IMG/VR virus record: IMGVR_UViG_3300045988_111815
Coordinates: 80,893 to 144,892 of that record
Direction: 5' to 3' (one strand)
Source: a virus
DNA length: 64,000 nt
Shown here: positions 30,891-39,901 of the stretch, in pieces
Layout of the letters: each line of letters opens with the position of its first letter
Numbering within the stretch: the first letter of the stretch is position 1
Translations under genes and position numbers: made by a program
Notes under the pieces: generated by a model
Told to the model about the DNA's origin: nothing
The model's database searches: none
Seen by the model: only the letters and a program-made list of their open reading frames with translations

Positions 30891-31658
30891 TTATTTTACG
30901 TTTTTAGAAGTTACAGCCTCTTCTCCCCATTTCTTTACATATATAGATCTCATCATGTTCATTAAATTAGAGAAAGAAGAGATGGTTCCCATCTCTATGC
31001 AGAATGCAAGATTAGACTGTAGGGTTTCAAGTTCTTTCAACTGCTCCTGTGTAGCACTATTTCTTATCATGCTTTCATGCTCATTAAATACAATCCAATT
31101 TAAGCCTTTAGCCATCTTGGAGTAATCGGCATCCGGAAATCTTGATATAGCTCTTGACAAGACATTGTATTTATCACCTGCCTCTATTCGGTTTAAGATA
31201 AGCTTATCTGTTAACCACGTAACAACCTCAGCATACAACATAGGGTTTAGTTCCATAGCTACAAGTACCCATATATATGGATTGCACATAGTTCTTCTAT
31301 TTTCTCCCCTACCCATAGTTTTGTAGGCCCCCATCTTTTTCATCACTTTTATAAGTGATTCTTTTTCAACAGATTGTATAAAACCAGGAAATCCTGATTC
31401 TATCTTATATCCCTGTTTTTCAAGAATATAGTAAACCCGTTCCGCACTCTCCTTGTTAGATAGAATATTCTCTATCCTCTTTTCATTCCATCCCATTTCG
31501 ACCCTCTTCTTCGTATAGGCTTCCTGAAGGTCTGTTAAGGACATAAACGAAGTTTTAGTGTCCTGCTTAATTATTACGCCAAATAATTCTCGGTCTTTTG
31601 ATACCATTGTAACATTTGTTTTCATAAAATATAACACATAAAAAATAATACGATACAA
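30891..31658 (-). CDS. KilA-N-like DNA-binding domain protein (255 aa)
   Basis: N-terminal FGVIIKQDTKTSFMSLTDLQEAY… is KilA-N/APSES-like. Preceded by an operator-like palindrome overlapping a TAnnTTTG box. Confidence 0.45.
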   Translation of the reverse strand: MYRIIFYVLYFMKTNVTMVSKDRELFGVIIKQDTKTSFMSLTDLQEAYTKKRVEMGWNEKRIENILSNKESAERVYYILEKQGYKIESGFPGFIQSVEKESLIKVMKKMGAYKTMGRGENRRTMCNPYIWVLVAMELNPMLYAEVVTWLTDKLILNRIEAGDKYNVLSRAISRFPDADYSKMAKGLNWIVFNEHESMIRNSATQEQLKELETLQSNLAFCIEMGTISSFSNLMNMMRSIYVKKWGEEAVTSKNVK

Positions 31659-31666
31659 AAATATGT

Positions 31667-31692
31667 ATCGTATTATATCTATACAAATATAT
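31667..31692 (-). promoter_or_regulatory. Perfect 9-bp inverted repeat overlapping a -7 promoter box upstream of the KilA-N gene
   Basis: ATACGATAC-aaaaatat-GTATCGTAT. On the minus strand this contains TATTTTTG, 16 nt before the ATG. Confidence 0.45.
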
Positions 31693-31722
31693 TGTGTTAA
31701 ATTTTATGATTATATTTTTACA

Positions 31723-32085
31723 TTATGCGCCTATGGCTGCCTCTAAATTTCCTATAATATCAGTTTCTATCTCATCGATTTTATCATCAATGGTTGAAAC
31801 CGCATTCTCTAAATCCCCTACAATACTTTCCATATCATCAACAACTGCCTCCATATTAGCTACAGCCTCATCTGATTGATAATATCTTTCTGTATCTTGT
31901 AACGACTCCGGCATATTGTCTCTTGCTTCTGTCTCCTCGTCTAAAATCATATCAACATCATCCTTGGCTGAATCCAGATTATGCCTGACCTCTGACAGCT
32001 TTGATTTGATAAACTCAAGATCTGTTTTATACTTTTCCAAATTGGAAATAATATCCTCTATTTTCTTACGTCTTTTGCTGTTCAT
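31723..32085 (-). CDS. Acidic coiled-coil hypothetical protein (120 aa)
   Basis: ORF with ATGA overlap to the helicase gene. Confidence 0.45.
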   Translation of the reverse strand: MNSKRRKKIEDIISNLEKYKTDLEFIKSKLSEVRHNLDSAKDDVDMILDEETEARDNMPESLQDTERYYQSDEAVANMEAVVDDMESIVGDLENAVSTIDDKIDEIETDIIGNLEAAIGA

Positions 32086-33503
32086 GCCTTTATCCTATTA
32101 TAATATTCGATAATCTTTTCTTTCCTATCTCCCGGTTTTACTGTCATATTCTCAGCCAGGAACCTAAAATACGACACCGGTATGTCTTTGAATCTAATTC
32201 CTTCATATTTTCCAAACCACATTATTATGCTGTCAAGATCGTCCTCTCTCCTACCATCTCCATTTACGGATTTAAGCGAGGCTGCCCGGCGAAGGATCTC
32301 GTCTTTGGTAATAATATCACCCATCCTTATATTGGACAGAAGTTGATCGCCGGCAAACATACACCAGCCTTTAGAAGGGAATTGTTCGATTGTCAAGTCT
32401 TCTATCCGACCGAAACGCCTCATGTTGTCGCAGCAATCAACTATCAGTGCCTCTTTCTTGTCAGGATGGATGCGAACGGCACGGCCTACAATCTGGTAAA
32501 ATACTGAATATGAGAATGTTGGACGCCCAAACATCACACAGTCAAGTTCAGGAAAGTCAAATCCGGTAGCAAGCGTTGAATAATTAAAAACCACCTTCAA
32601 CTTACCTTCTTTGAAATCGGATATGATTTGTTCTCTTTTCTTTTTGGTTGTTAGCGATGTTACGACACCGGTTATGGCTCCCATCTTGGCATTCATGAAC
32701 TCTGATATTCTATTACATGATTCAATAGAATCCATGCAAACCAAAATGGCTTTACGTTCGTTCATAAGTTGAAGAAGGCGCTTGTAGATAGAGTTGTTTA
32801 AGCCATTTCGTACAATACTTTCTTTAATAGATTCGTTGGTGTATTCAGCTCCGGTGCTGTTCAACATCAGAGCCGATTCATCAAAAGACCATCGTTCGTA
32901 CTTAAGTGGACACCAAAACCCTTGAGAAGTTAATTCTTGTATTTGAGTCACATGAACTATTTTCTTGAAGAAATTATGCTCGTCTTTCGTCAGCATATTG
33001 AGCTTGCTGTAGTTTCCTTCCAGCATGGAACTGTAGGTTCGGAGGCGGCAGGGAGTGGCGGTGAAGCCCAGCACCTTCGCCTCTGGGAACCTGTTCATAA
33101 ACTCCATAAATTCAGAACCTTCTTCAGGAGAATACCCGCTATGCACCTCATCTATCAATAATGTGTCTATCCCTATATCTTTCAACCTTGCTACGTCTTT
33201 CTTTATGCTTTTAAGTGTAGCATAAGTCATAGCCGATAACTCTTTTTTTTTACATGAAGCAGAATATATGGTAGGTTTAGAACCGAATGATACAGCCTTC
33301 GCATAATTCTGCTCCAGAATCTCTTTAGATGGCTGTAATACAAGGATAGGTCTTTTTAATTCATGAGCTATCTTGCTAATTATCAAAGACTTCCCCGCTG
33401 CACACGGCAAGACTTCTATGCCAGGCTTCTTAGATCTTCCTGTAAGGAACTTAAGCCCGGCATCTACTGCCTCTTTTTGGTAAGGTCTAAGTTCAAAGCC
33501 CAT
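32082..33503 (-). CDS. Superfamily-2 DEAD/DEAH-box helicase (473 aa)
   Basis: Motif I: LPCAAGKS. Motif II: IDEVH. Motif III: FTATP. Motif VI: QIVGRAVR. Confidence 0.8.
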   Translation of the reverse strand: MGFELRPYQKEAVDAGLKFLTGRSKKPGIEVLPCAAGKSLIISKIAHELKRPILVLQPSKEILEQNYAKAVSFGSKPTIYSASCKKKELSAMTYATLKSIKKDVARLKDIGIDTLLIDEVHSGYSPEEGSEFMEFMNRFPEAKVLGFTATPCRLRTYSSMLEGNYSKLNMLTKDEHNFFKKIVHVTQIQELTSQGFWCPLKYERWSFDESALMLNSTGAEYTNESIKESIVRNGLNNSIYKRLLQLMNERKAILVCMDSIESCNRISEFMNAKMGAITGVVTSLTTKKKREQIISDFKEGKLKVVFNYSTLATGFDFPELDCVMFGRPTFSYSVFYQIVGRAVRIHPDKKEALIVDCCDNMRRFGRIEDLTIEQFPSKGWCMFAGDQLLSNIRMGDIITKDEILRRAASLKSVNGDGRREDDLDSIIMWFGKYEGIRFKDIPVSYFRFLAENMTVKPGDRKEKIIEYYNRIKA

Positions 33504-33870
33504 CGCAATCTATTTTACTGTTTTTTGAAAGTTCTATTATCGCCTCTTTCAACATCTCCCTTGCTTTATCTTCGTTATCTTCAAGCAAGCATACACTGCA
33601 CGATATGCCCATACGATCCCCATAAGCCTCGGCATTACCTAATGTGAATGCGCAGCAGTAATCATAATCCATGTTTTTTGCTACGGCAATAAACTGATTA
33701 TCTTCTATCAGTACAGCATATTCAGCATCAGTTTCACACATGATAATGGCTTTATCTTTTTTTATAGACAACACCTTGTTTCTGAAAAGTCCGTTATAAA
33801 TCCATAGTTCTTTTCCTGTATTTTTATAAAACACAGCCATATCTTCCTTGATTGTGACTTCTTTTTTCAT
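33493..33870 (-). CDS. Hypothetical protein (125 aa)
   Basis: ORF only. Confidence 0.45.
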   Translation of the reverse strand: MKKEVTIKEDMAVFYKNTGKELWIYNGLFRNKVLSIKKDKAIIMCETDAEYAVLIEDNQFIAVAKNMDYDYCCAFTLGNAEAYGDRMGISCSVCLLEDNEDKAREMLKEAIIELSKNSKIDCDGL

Positions 33871-33873
33871 GAC

Positions 33874-34203
33874 TTACTTGTGTTTAACATCAGTAATTAA
33901 AATGTATTTTTTAACAATATCTTCAAGACTCACAGAAGAACGTATATATGGTTTTTCTTCGTACTCATATAGAACGTACCCTTCTTTTATGTCTAATATC
34001 TTAATCACATGCTTGCCTCTTTCAAATGGATCCTCAAAGTAGTTCTTATGTTCGTATCTTTGACCTACTTTGATTTTGTCAGTTTTCTTCTTCATCTTAT
34101 AACGATCTACTGCTCTACCTGTTTTTATGAAAGCTGTCGTGAGCAAGTATAATAAAACTAAATACAAAAGGATCGCTACTCCACATATTAGATCTTCTTT
34201 CAT
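33874..34203 (-). CDS. Small membrane protein (109 aa)
   Basis: N-terminal hydrophobic helix ICGVAILLYLVLLYLLTTAF. Confidence 0.45.
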   Translation of the reverse strand: MKEDLICGVAILLYLVLLYLLTTAFIKTGRAVDRYKMKKKTDKIKVGQRYEHKNYFEDPFERGKHVIKILDIKEGYVLYEYEEKPYIRSSVSLEDIVKKYILITDVKHK

Positions 34204-34367
34204 TGGACTCCCTTTAAGTAGTTAAACCATATATCCTCCAGCTTCTCCTGAAGTTCAAATGCTTTCTTGAAATTCCCACATCTTACAGCAACGTCTCTCA
34301 TGTATTCTACGTTTATAACTTCCGGATCTTGCCGGTATTTTGTTCTTAACTTTTGAACGTCCTCGTA
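34200..34367 (-). CDS. Small hypothetical protein (~55 aa), not in the ORF track
   Basis: MKYEDVQKLRTKYRQDPEVINVEYMRDV… Fills the 34204-34369 gap. Approximate coordinates. Confidence 0.3.
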   Translation of the reverse strand, partial: YEDVQKLRTKYRQDPEVINVEYMRDVAVRCGNFKKAFELQEKLEDIWFNYLKGVQ

Positions 34368-34369
34368 TT

Positions 34370-35389
34370 TCATCGTTTTATCTTTTTAGACGGATCCCAA
34401 TCCGAAGAGAAAGGGCATTCGTTTTTGTTATGTAATCCAAAGTCACAATAATAACACAGTGCTGACGGGCAGGGTAGCTTGTTTTGCGAAACAGGCTGGC
34501 TTAGGGTGGCACGCCGCTTGCTATACCTGGCTCCTTCTGCTCCCTGGATGTACGCTTGAAATGATTTTACACTATTATCTTCAAAATCATACATTTTAGA
34601 CAAAGTGTCATTTAGCATCTCTATAGATTTTGTTTTACGTTCCTCATCTACCTTAACCTTTTGGTACTGCCTGGTCCTGGTAAAGAAATAGATGTTCATA
34701 TCTGGTAGAACCCCACCATATCTTCTATAGATGTAAAATGAATATATAGGATGCTGTAAATTTGTTTCCAACTTCTTAGAATCAAAAACCTTATTACCTG
34801 ATTTCCAATCTATGACATAATGGTGAACTACGTTCTTGCTTTTTATAGCCAGATGAAGGTCTACCGATCCTACTATGTACACATGAGTATGAATTACTCC
34901 ATTTATGTTAACAGGCTTAGGAAGACGGTACGGCAGCACAAAATCTTCTTCGACTCCAACTATAGCGCTGTGTCTGATAAGTTTCTCGCAGGGATTAAGA
35001 TCACTATCAGCTATCATAAACCTATTGCCGTCTTTTTTGAACAGATCCACAATCCAAGCAAGAAGCTCCCCGGATTGCTTCATGGCTATCATCATATTTT
35101 CCGGTGATTGCCAAGGTATGTCTTCTTGGTAAGCATAGTAACTTATAGCTTCCCCCAGGTCTTTTCCAGAAGGCTGTCTTCCGTTCTTAAAGAAGTATTC
35201 CAGTGTCTTATGGATAACCGTACCATAAGACGTAGCTTCTTGTTTTTCCGTAGACCTTTTGCCCTCTACGTAAGTCTTATACCATTTCATTGGACAAGTA
35301 AGAAACGTGTCTATCTGGGAATAAGATATGGCAAGACGTTTCACGCCATTAAACTCCTTATATAGCAAATGCGTTTCCGGGACCATCAT
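34370..35389 (-). CDS. Cas4/RecB-like PD-(D/E)XK nuclease with Cys cluster (339 aa)
   Basis: SYSQIDTFLTCPMKWY N-terminal motif. VDLH…VIDWKSG (D…DxK). C-terminal CxxC…C cysteines consistent with a Cas4-type Fe-S site. Confidence 0.7.
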   Translation of the reverse strand: MMVPETHLLYKEFNGVKRLAISYSQIDTFLTCPMKWYKTYVEGKRSTEKQEATSYGTVIHKTLEYFFKNGRQPSGKDLGEAISYYAYQEDIPWQSPENMMIAMKQSGELLAWIVDLFKKDGNRFMIADSDLNPCEKLIRHSAIVGVEEDFVLPYRLPKPVNINGVIHTHVYIVGSVDLHLAIKSKNVVHHYVIDWKSGNKVFDSKKLETNLQHPIYSFYIYRRYGGVLPDMNIYFFTRTRQYQKVKVDEERKTKSIEMLNDTLSKMYDFEDNSVKSFQAYIQGAEGARYSKRRATLSQPVSQNKLPCPSALCYYCDFGLHNKNECPFSSDWDPSKKIKR

Positions 35390-35745
35390 AAGTCATTGTC
35401 TTTAAATCCTTCCGGGTAATATACGACATACTTCTTACCGTCCTCCGGCGTCATGGCGAACTGCATGTAGTTATTACGATTACGATGCTTGCCATCCAAT
35501 CCTCGTTTCCAATACAGGATACCGTCTATATCCACATAAGACCGTCCGCGTTCGGCTCTAACCACGTCCGTGTGTAGCAGATACCCGTCGGAAGACACGA
35601 TCCACACTTTATCCCCTTTGTTTAAATAAGATATTCTTTTTCTTACAACAACCTTTTTCTTATTATCCAATACAAATTCCTCATCCGTCATATTCTTCAT
35701 CCTCCTCTTCTTCTGTTTCAAAATCAATTCCATAACACTGATCAT
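35386..35745 (-). CDS. Hypothetical protein (119 aa)
   Basis: ORF only. Confidence 0.45.
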   Translation of the reverse strand: MISVMELILKQKKRRMKNMTDEEFVLDNKKKVVVRKRISYLNKGDKVWIVSSDGYLLHTDVVRAERGRSYVDIDGILYWKRGLDGKHRNRNNYMQFAMTPEDGKKYVVYYPEGFKDNDL

Positions 35746-35786
35746 AATGTCCGGTCAGTTCTTCTGGTTCTAAATCTTGTCCAAAA

Positions 35787-35828
35787 TCCATATTAAAAAT
35801 ATATTAATACATATTAAAAATATATTAA
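35787..35828. repeat. Tandem direct repeat, 2 x 21 nt, AT-rich
   Basis: CATATTAAAAATATATTAATA followed by CATATTAAAAATATATTAATC. Lies in the intergenic region upstream of the 35745 start. Confidence 0.6.
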
Positions 35829-35899
35829 TCAATAAAGCACTAAAAATCACTATTCCTGCTGGCATGAAATCTATAAATGCTGCTTTTGCTTCTTCAATT

Positions 35900-35921
35900 A
35901 GGCCCAAGTGTAACCTTGGGC
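35900..35921. other. GC-rich perfect hairpin just downstream of the flotillin stop
   Basis: GGCCCAAG-tgtaac-CTTGGGCC. A T-run follows on the plus side only. Confidence 0.45.
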
Positions 35922-35929
35922 CATTGTAT

Positions 35930-37630
35930 TTATTTTTTGTCATCTCCTTTTAACTTCTTTAAAGTATCTGCAATCGGAAGCTGATCAATGACTCCCAATG
36001 CCGGAGCGACGGTCTTAACAACATTGTTAAGGAAATTACCGGTACTGTTCTGACCGCCGTCAAATACCGTGATATTTCCGAGGTTAATGTGCTCGAACGC
36101 CTTAACCTGTTCTCCAGCAATTTCTTTCCACTGATTAACCATCTTGTACTGGATGGCTATCTGAGGATTGGATTCTGCTGCTTCCACCATAGCCTTAAAT
36201 CCGTCGGCTTCTGCCATCAACGACTTTTTCTTACCTTCGGCTTCTGCCTCCAGCTTCATCTGAATAGCTTTTGCTTCCGCTTCTGCTTTTGCCAAATGTG
36301 CTGCTGCTTCGGCATCAGCCCGACGTTTGATTTTCTCAGCTTCAGCATCAGCTTGCAACATAGCCTCCTGCTTCTGAATTTCAGCCGGCACAATCTTTTC
36401 AGCTTTAAGCGCAGCTTGAACCTTCTTAGCTTTAGCTTCTTCCACTTCTTTATCAGCAAGCTCTTTTGCCGTTTTCACAGCCGCTTCCGATTTAACTCTC
36501 TCTTCTCCGGCTTTCTTTTCTGATTGAGCTTTGATAACCTGTAGCTCTGATTCTGATACAGCAACCTCTTTCTGGGCATTGTTATAACCCACAGATGCGT
36601 TTTTCTCAGCTTCAGCTTTCTTGATCTGAGCTTCGGAATCTTGGATTGCTATAGCTGCCTGTTTATCAGCTTCAGCTTTATTCTTCCCGACTTCTTCCAT
36701 TCTTTCGGCTTCAGCTTTGTTTACTTCAAGTTCTGCCTTAGATTTTGCGATCGCTGATTCCTTATCAGCCAAAGTCTTTGCAATAACCGCAGCCCTATCT
36801 CTATCGGCTTGAGCTACACCGATCTGTTTTTCTTTATCGGTTAAAGCCAAAGCTACTTCTTTTTCTTTCTTTGTTTCAGCTACTACCGTTTCCTTTTCTT
36901 TTTCAGTATAGGCAATTTGAATCTCTTGCTCTTTTTGGGTATTAGCTACAGCCGTTTCTTTTTCCTTTTGCTGTACAGCAATCTTAATAGCACCCAGCTT
37001 TTCCTGTTCTTCGATATTAGCCTGTGCTTCGTTCAGGGCCTTACTTTCAGCTTCTTTGCCAAGATTCATGATATAGCCGGCTTCGTCTCTGATGTCACTG
37101 ATGTTGATATTTAGGAGGTAAAGACCTAACTTATTAAGTTCGTTATCAATGTTTTTTCTTGCCTTATCCAAAAACTCATCCCTGTCAGAATTAAGTTTTT
37201 CAATCGTCATTTCAGCAATGATCAAACGCATTTGGCCATAAACAATATCCGTAATAAGATTTTCAGTAGATTCAGTATCCATCCCCAAAAGCCTTTCTGC
37301 TGCATTCTGCATAATTTCAGGATTTGTGCTGATTGCTACTGTAATAGTAGTAGGTACATCCACTCTGATATTTTGAGACGACAAAGCACCGGTGAGCCTA
37401 CAATCTATTTGCATAGGCTCCATAGACAAAATATCATAGCTTTGAATAATAGGCAAGACGAATGCCGCTCCACCATGATATAATTTCGCCGATTTCTTTT
37501 CCCCACCTGTCTTACCATAAACGACCAAGACTTGATTAGGCTTACATCTACGATACCTTGATAAGACTCCGATGATTGTCAAAATAATCACTACAGCTAA
37601 AATAGCTGACACGTACATGATTGTTGTCAT
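35930..37630 (-). CDS. Flotillin-like SPFH/band-7 protein (FloT/YuaG-like, 566 aa)
   Basis: N-terminal TM helix. VLVVYGKTGG…GGAAFVLPIIQ and DIRDEAGYIMNLG match flotillin signatures. Long Ala/Glu/Lys-rich coiled-coil with EA-type repeats. C-terminal ITVFDGG. Confidence 0.85.
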   Translation of the reverse strand: MTTIMYVSAILAVVIILTIIGVLSRYRRCKPNQVLVVYGKTGGEKKSAKLYHGGAAFVLPIIQSYDILSMEPMQIDCRLTGALSSQNIRVDVPTTITVAISTNPEIMQNAAERLLGMDTESTENLITDIVYGQMRLIIAEMTIEKLNSDRDEFLDKARKNIDNELNKLGLYLLNINISDIRDEAGYIMNLGKEAESKALNEAQANIEEQEKLGAIKIAVQQKEKETAVANTQKEQEIQIAYTEKEKETVVAETKKEKEVALALTDKEKQIGVAQADRDRAAVIAKTLADKESAIAKSKAELEVNKAEAERMEEVGKNKAEADKQAAIAIQDSEAQIKKAEAEKNASVGYNNAQKEVAVSESELQVIKAQSEKKAGEERVKSEAAVKTAKELADKEVEEAKAKKVQAALKAEKIVPAEIQKQEAMLQADAEAEKIKRRADAEAAAHLAKAEAEAKAIQMKLEAEAEGKKKSLMAEADGFKAMVEAAESNPQIAIQYKMVNQWKEIAGEQVKAFEHINLGNITVFDGGQNSTGNFLNNVVKTVAPALGVIDQLPIADTLKKLKGDDKK

Positions 37631-37661
37631 AACTTTTAAAATTTAATTGTTGATAAAAAAA

Positions 37662-38360
37662 TTAGATACTTAATTCTCCTTCTTCGTATTTTATATTCAC
37701 CTTGTCACCGTTTTTGTAATTTTTTCCAGACAAGCACCTCACTCTCATCTGTTCCTGTCTTCCATTTTTCGAAATATTTACCATATAATGATTCTTCCCT
37801 GATCTAAATACTATCTCCACTTCTCTGCCATTTAAATCTTCCGGACATTCGTACACCATTTCTTGCTTTAACTTAAGAAGTAACTTATATACGTAAAACA
37901 AAACGATAAAGAAAAACGACCCTATTACGACCCCTATTAAATGGGAACCCGAAAAGTATGTGGTCCAGCTATATCCAAGAATAAAATGTGTTATGCCTTT
38001 GAATGATATGATGTCCGACAAAGACATGCTTAAATCAGAAGCGTTATCAATGTCAATATCCGTATCCAGATCAGATCCTAATATCGACAATAAAAACTGT
38101 ATAACAAAAGCAAATGACGCTATTAAAGCCATGCATAAAATTATATCATTTCCCATATCCTTGATGGATTCTGTATCATAATCAATAATAACGATATTGA
38201 ATTTTTGTTCCACCATCGCATCAAGCTCAATTCGATCAATAGAATCTAATCCAAGTTCTTTAAACGACACATCTTCTTCATGAACTATATCCATTTCCGA
38301 ATTAAGAAACTGAGTAATAATTATATCCTCTATTATCTTTCTAATTCTTACTTTTTCCAT
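37662..38360 (-). CDS. NfeD-like membrane protein with N-terminal acyl-carrier-protein-like domain (232 aa)
   Basis: Residues ~1-70 align by eye to ACP (SFKELGLDSIDRIELDAMVEQKFNIVI matches [24 protein letters not shown], including the DSL/DSI serine). These are followed by 2-3 TM helices and a C-terminal beta-rich OB-like segment (…GREVEIVFRSGKNHYMVNI…) typical of short NfeD/YuaF partners of flotillin. Confidence 0.55.
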   Translation of the reverse strand: MEKVRIRKIIEDIIITQFLNSEMDIVHEEDVSFKELGLDSIDRIELDAMVEQKFNIVIIDYDTESIKDMGNDIILCMALIASFAFVIQFLLSILGSDLDTDIDIDNASDLSMSLSDIISFKGITHFILGYSWTTYFSGSHLIGVVIGSFFFIVLFYVYKLLLKLKQEMVYECPEDLNGREVEIVFRSGKNHYMVNISKNGRQEQMRVRCLSGKNYKNGDKVNIKYEEGELSI

Positions 38361-39061
38361 TGCTTTCTAATTTTGTTAAATAAATATGTTTTTATGTTTT
38401 TCAATCGTTCTTTGTCTGTTTCCGCACTTCCGGTAAACAAATAATCCGGATTGCCTTTAGCCGGCGGCGTAGGCAATTTAGATACGGCAAACAACCAATC
38501 CATTTCCTTATTCTTCTTAGGCTCCAAATAAGGCTCGGTAGCGATCTTAAATTTTTCAGCTATTAAGTCAAAGAGCTTTGAGTTTTTAAGGTTCATATGG
38601 ACTGAAAAAGCCTGAGAAGGCGGTTTCCATATGAAGTTACATAAGCTCATTGTGTAATCTCCTGACTCTGCTATATAAGATTCCGTTACTTGAAGTATGA
38701 CCTCTTTCTTAAATGAAGTATTACCCATAAACCAACACAATCTGGATTCCGCTTCTTTTCTGCTGACACCTATGTCTTTTGAATATGATTCGTACATTCC
38801 TATCATAATCTTCAACGTTTCCAGAACCTCGTCTGTCATTTCCGGTGTCTCTATATAATTCACAAAAGACGTTCCTTTGTTGGTCAATCTCATCACGCCT
38901 GATTTTAATTTCTCAACCAGGCCAAGCTCTATATATCTACCAGCATCTTCTTCCTGCATGGCTTCGATCATAACCGAATCCTTCTGTCTTATGGCAAGAA
39001 GATTAGCGAGATCATTAGGAGTCATGTCTGATGCTGTAAGTTGTCTGAAATTGATGTACAT
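38348..39061 (-). CDS. Hypothetical protein (237 aa)
   Basis: ORF only. Confidence 0.5.
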   Translation of the reverse strand: MYINFRQLTASDMTPNDLANLLAIRQKDSVMIEAMQEEDAGRYIELGLVEKLKSGVMRLTNKGTSFVNYIETPEMTDEVLETLKIMIGMYESYSKDIGVSRKEAESRLCWFMGNTSFKKEVILQVTESYIAESGDYTMSLCNFIWKPPSQAFSVHMNLKNSKLFDLIAEKFKIATEPYLEPKKNKEMDWLFAVSKLPTPPAKGNPDYLFTGSAETDKERLKNIKTYLFNKIRKQWKK

Positions 39062-39063
39062 TC

Positions 39064-39270
39064 CTAATCAGCTTTAATGAAAATAACATCTCTATTATCC
39101 TCCCTCTCCGCGTGACTACACGGACCTGCAATCACATGCACTGCCCCGCATGTAAAGTAATTGAATATACATCCTTCACATCCTGCATTTGGCGCCGTAG
39201 GTTCCACACATTTTAATCTCACAAGTCCGGCATCAAACACTTCTCCTACTTTAAATTCCTTCTTTTCCAT
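39064..39270 (-). CDS. Small Cys-rich protein, CEGCIF-motif family member 1 (68 aa)
   Basis: …CVEPTAPNAGCEGCIFNYFTCG… Paralogous to 62142..62390 and 63584..63844. Confidence 0.4.
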   Translation of the reverse strand: MEKKEFKVGEVFDAGLVRLKCVEPTAPNAGCEGCIFNYFTCGAVHVIAGPCSHAEREDNRDVIFIKAD

Positions 39271-39285
39271 ATTTCCTCCTTGTTT

Positions 39286-39888
39286 TTAACTGTTGTACCC
39301 TTCTTTGATAATCGAATTTCTACCGGTAGACACCGACTGACGGAGATCATCATGTACAGAATCTACCGTAGAATACTTGTTTCTGGTTGTAAAAATAACT
39401 TCCAGCATCTCCTTGTAATCACCTAAAGCCACTTCGTATCTTGGATCCACTTTGGCTTTTCTTTCAGCCTCGGCATTACTTTTAGCCAGCTCTCGGTCGA
39501 GAAGGTCTTCTTTGATCCGGTCAGCAATCATATCAAGTTCTTTTTTAATAACTTCTCCTGCTGCCCGAAGTTGACCTTCTACGTCACCAAGCTGGTCTTG
39601 GACGGTACCTATTTCTTTCTTTAGACGATCGTATTCGTTAATCATACCCATATCACCTGCATAGCCGGAAAAGTCCTTGATTATTCTGGTTCCTTCTTTA
39701 AGGAGCTCAATGACTCGTCTTTTGCGTTCTCTGCTTATTAAAGACGGAAGACGATAATTCATATCCGCTACTGCTTTATCATGTATGGAGTTGATTAAAA
39801 ACATCTCTCTTTCATCCCCTGCGAACTCAGTAAGAACCAAAAGGAACTTACTTATCAGGTATTCGTTTTCTTCTACGGTAAGTCTCAT
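39286..39888 (-). CDS. Hypothetical protein (200 aa)
   Basis: ORF immediately downstream of the DnaB-like helicase. Function unknown. Confidence 0.5.
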   Translation of the reverse strand: MRLTVEENEYLISKFLLVLTEFAGDEREMFLINSIHDKAVADMNYRLPSLISRERKRRVIELLKEGTRIIKDFSGYAGDMGMINEYDRLKKEIGTVQDQLGDVEGQLRAAGEVIKKELDMIADRIKEDLLDRELAKSNAEAERKAKVDPRYEVALGDYKEMLEVIFTTRNKYSTVDSVHDDLRQSVSTGRNSIIKEGYNS

Positions 39889-39901
39889 ACGTTTCTTTTT
39901 T

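Noticed and set aside
35787-35828. Possible CRISPR array
   Set aside because: Only two directly adjacent AT-rich 21-mers with no spacers. No other repeat-spacer structure was seen anywhere in the window.
36089-36523. Plus-strand ORF (144 aa) and minus ORF 36256..36459 inside the flotillin gene
   Set aside because: Both are products of the repetitive GCT/GCA coiled-coil coding region read in other frames (Cys/Phe-rich junk). They are not independent genes.
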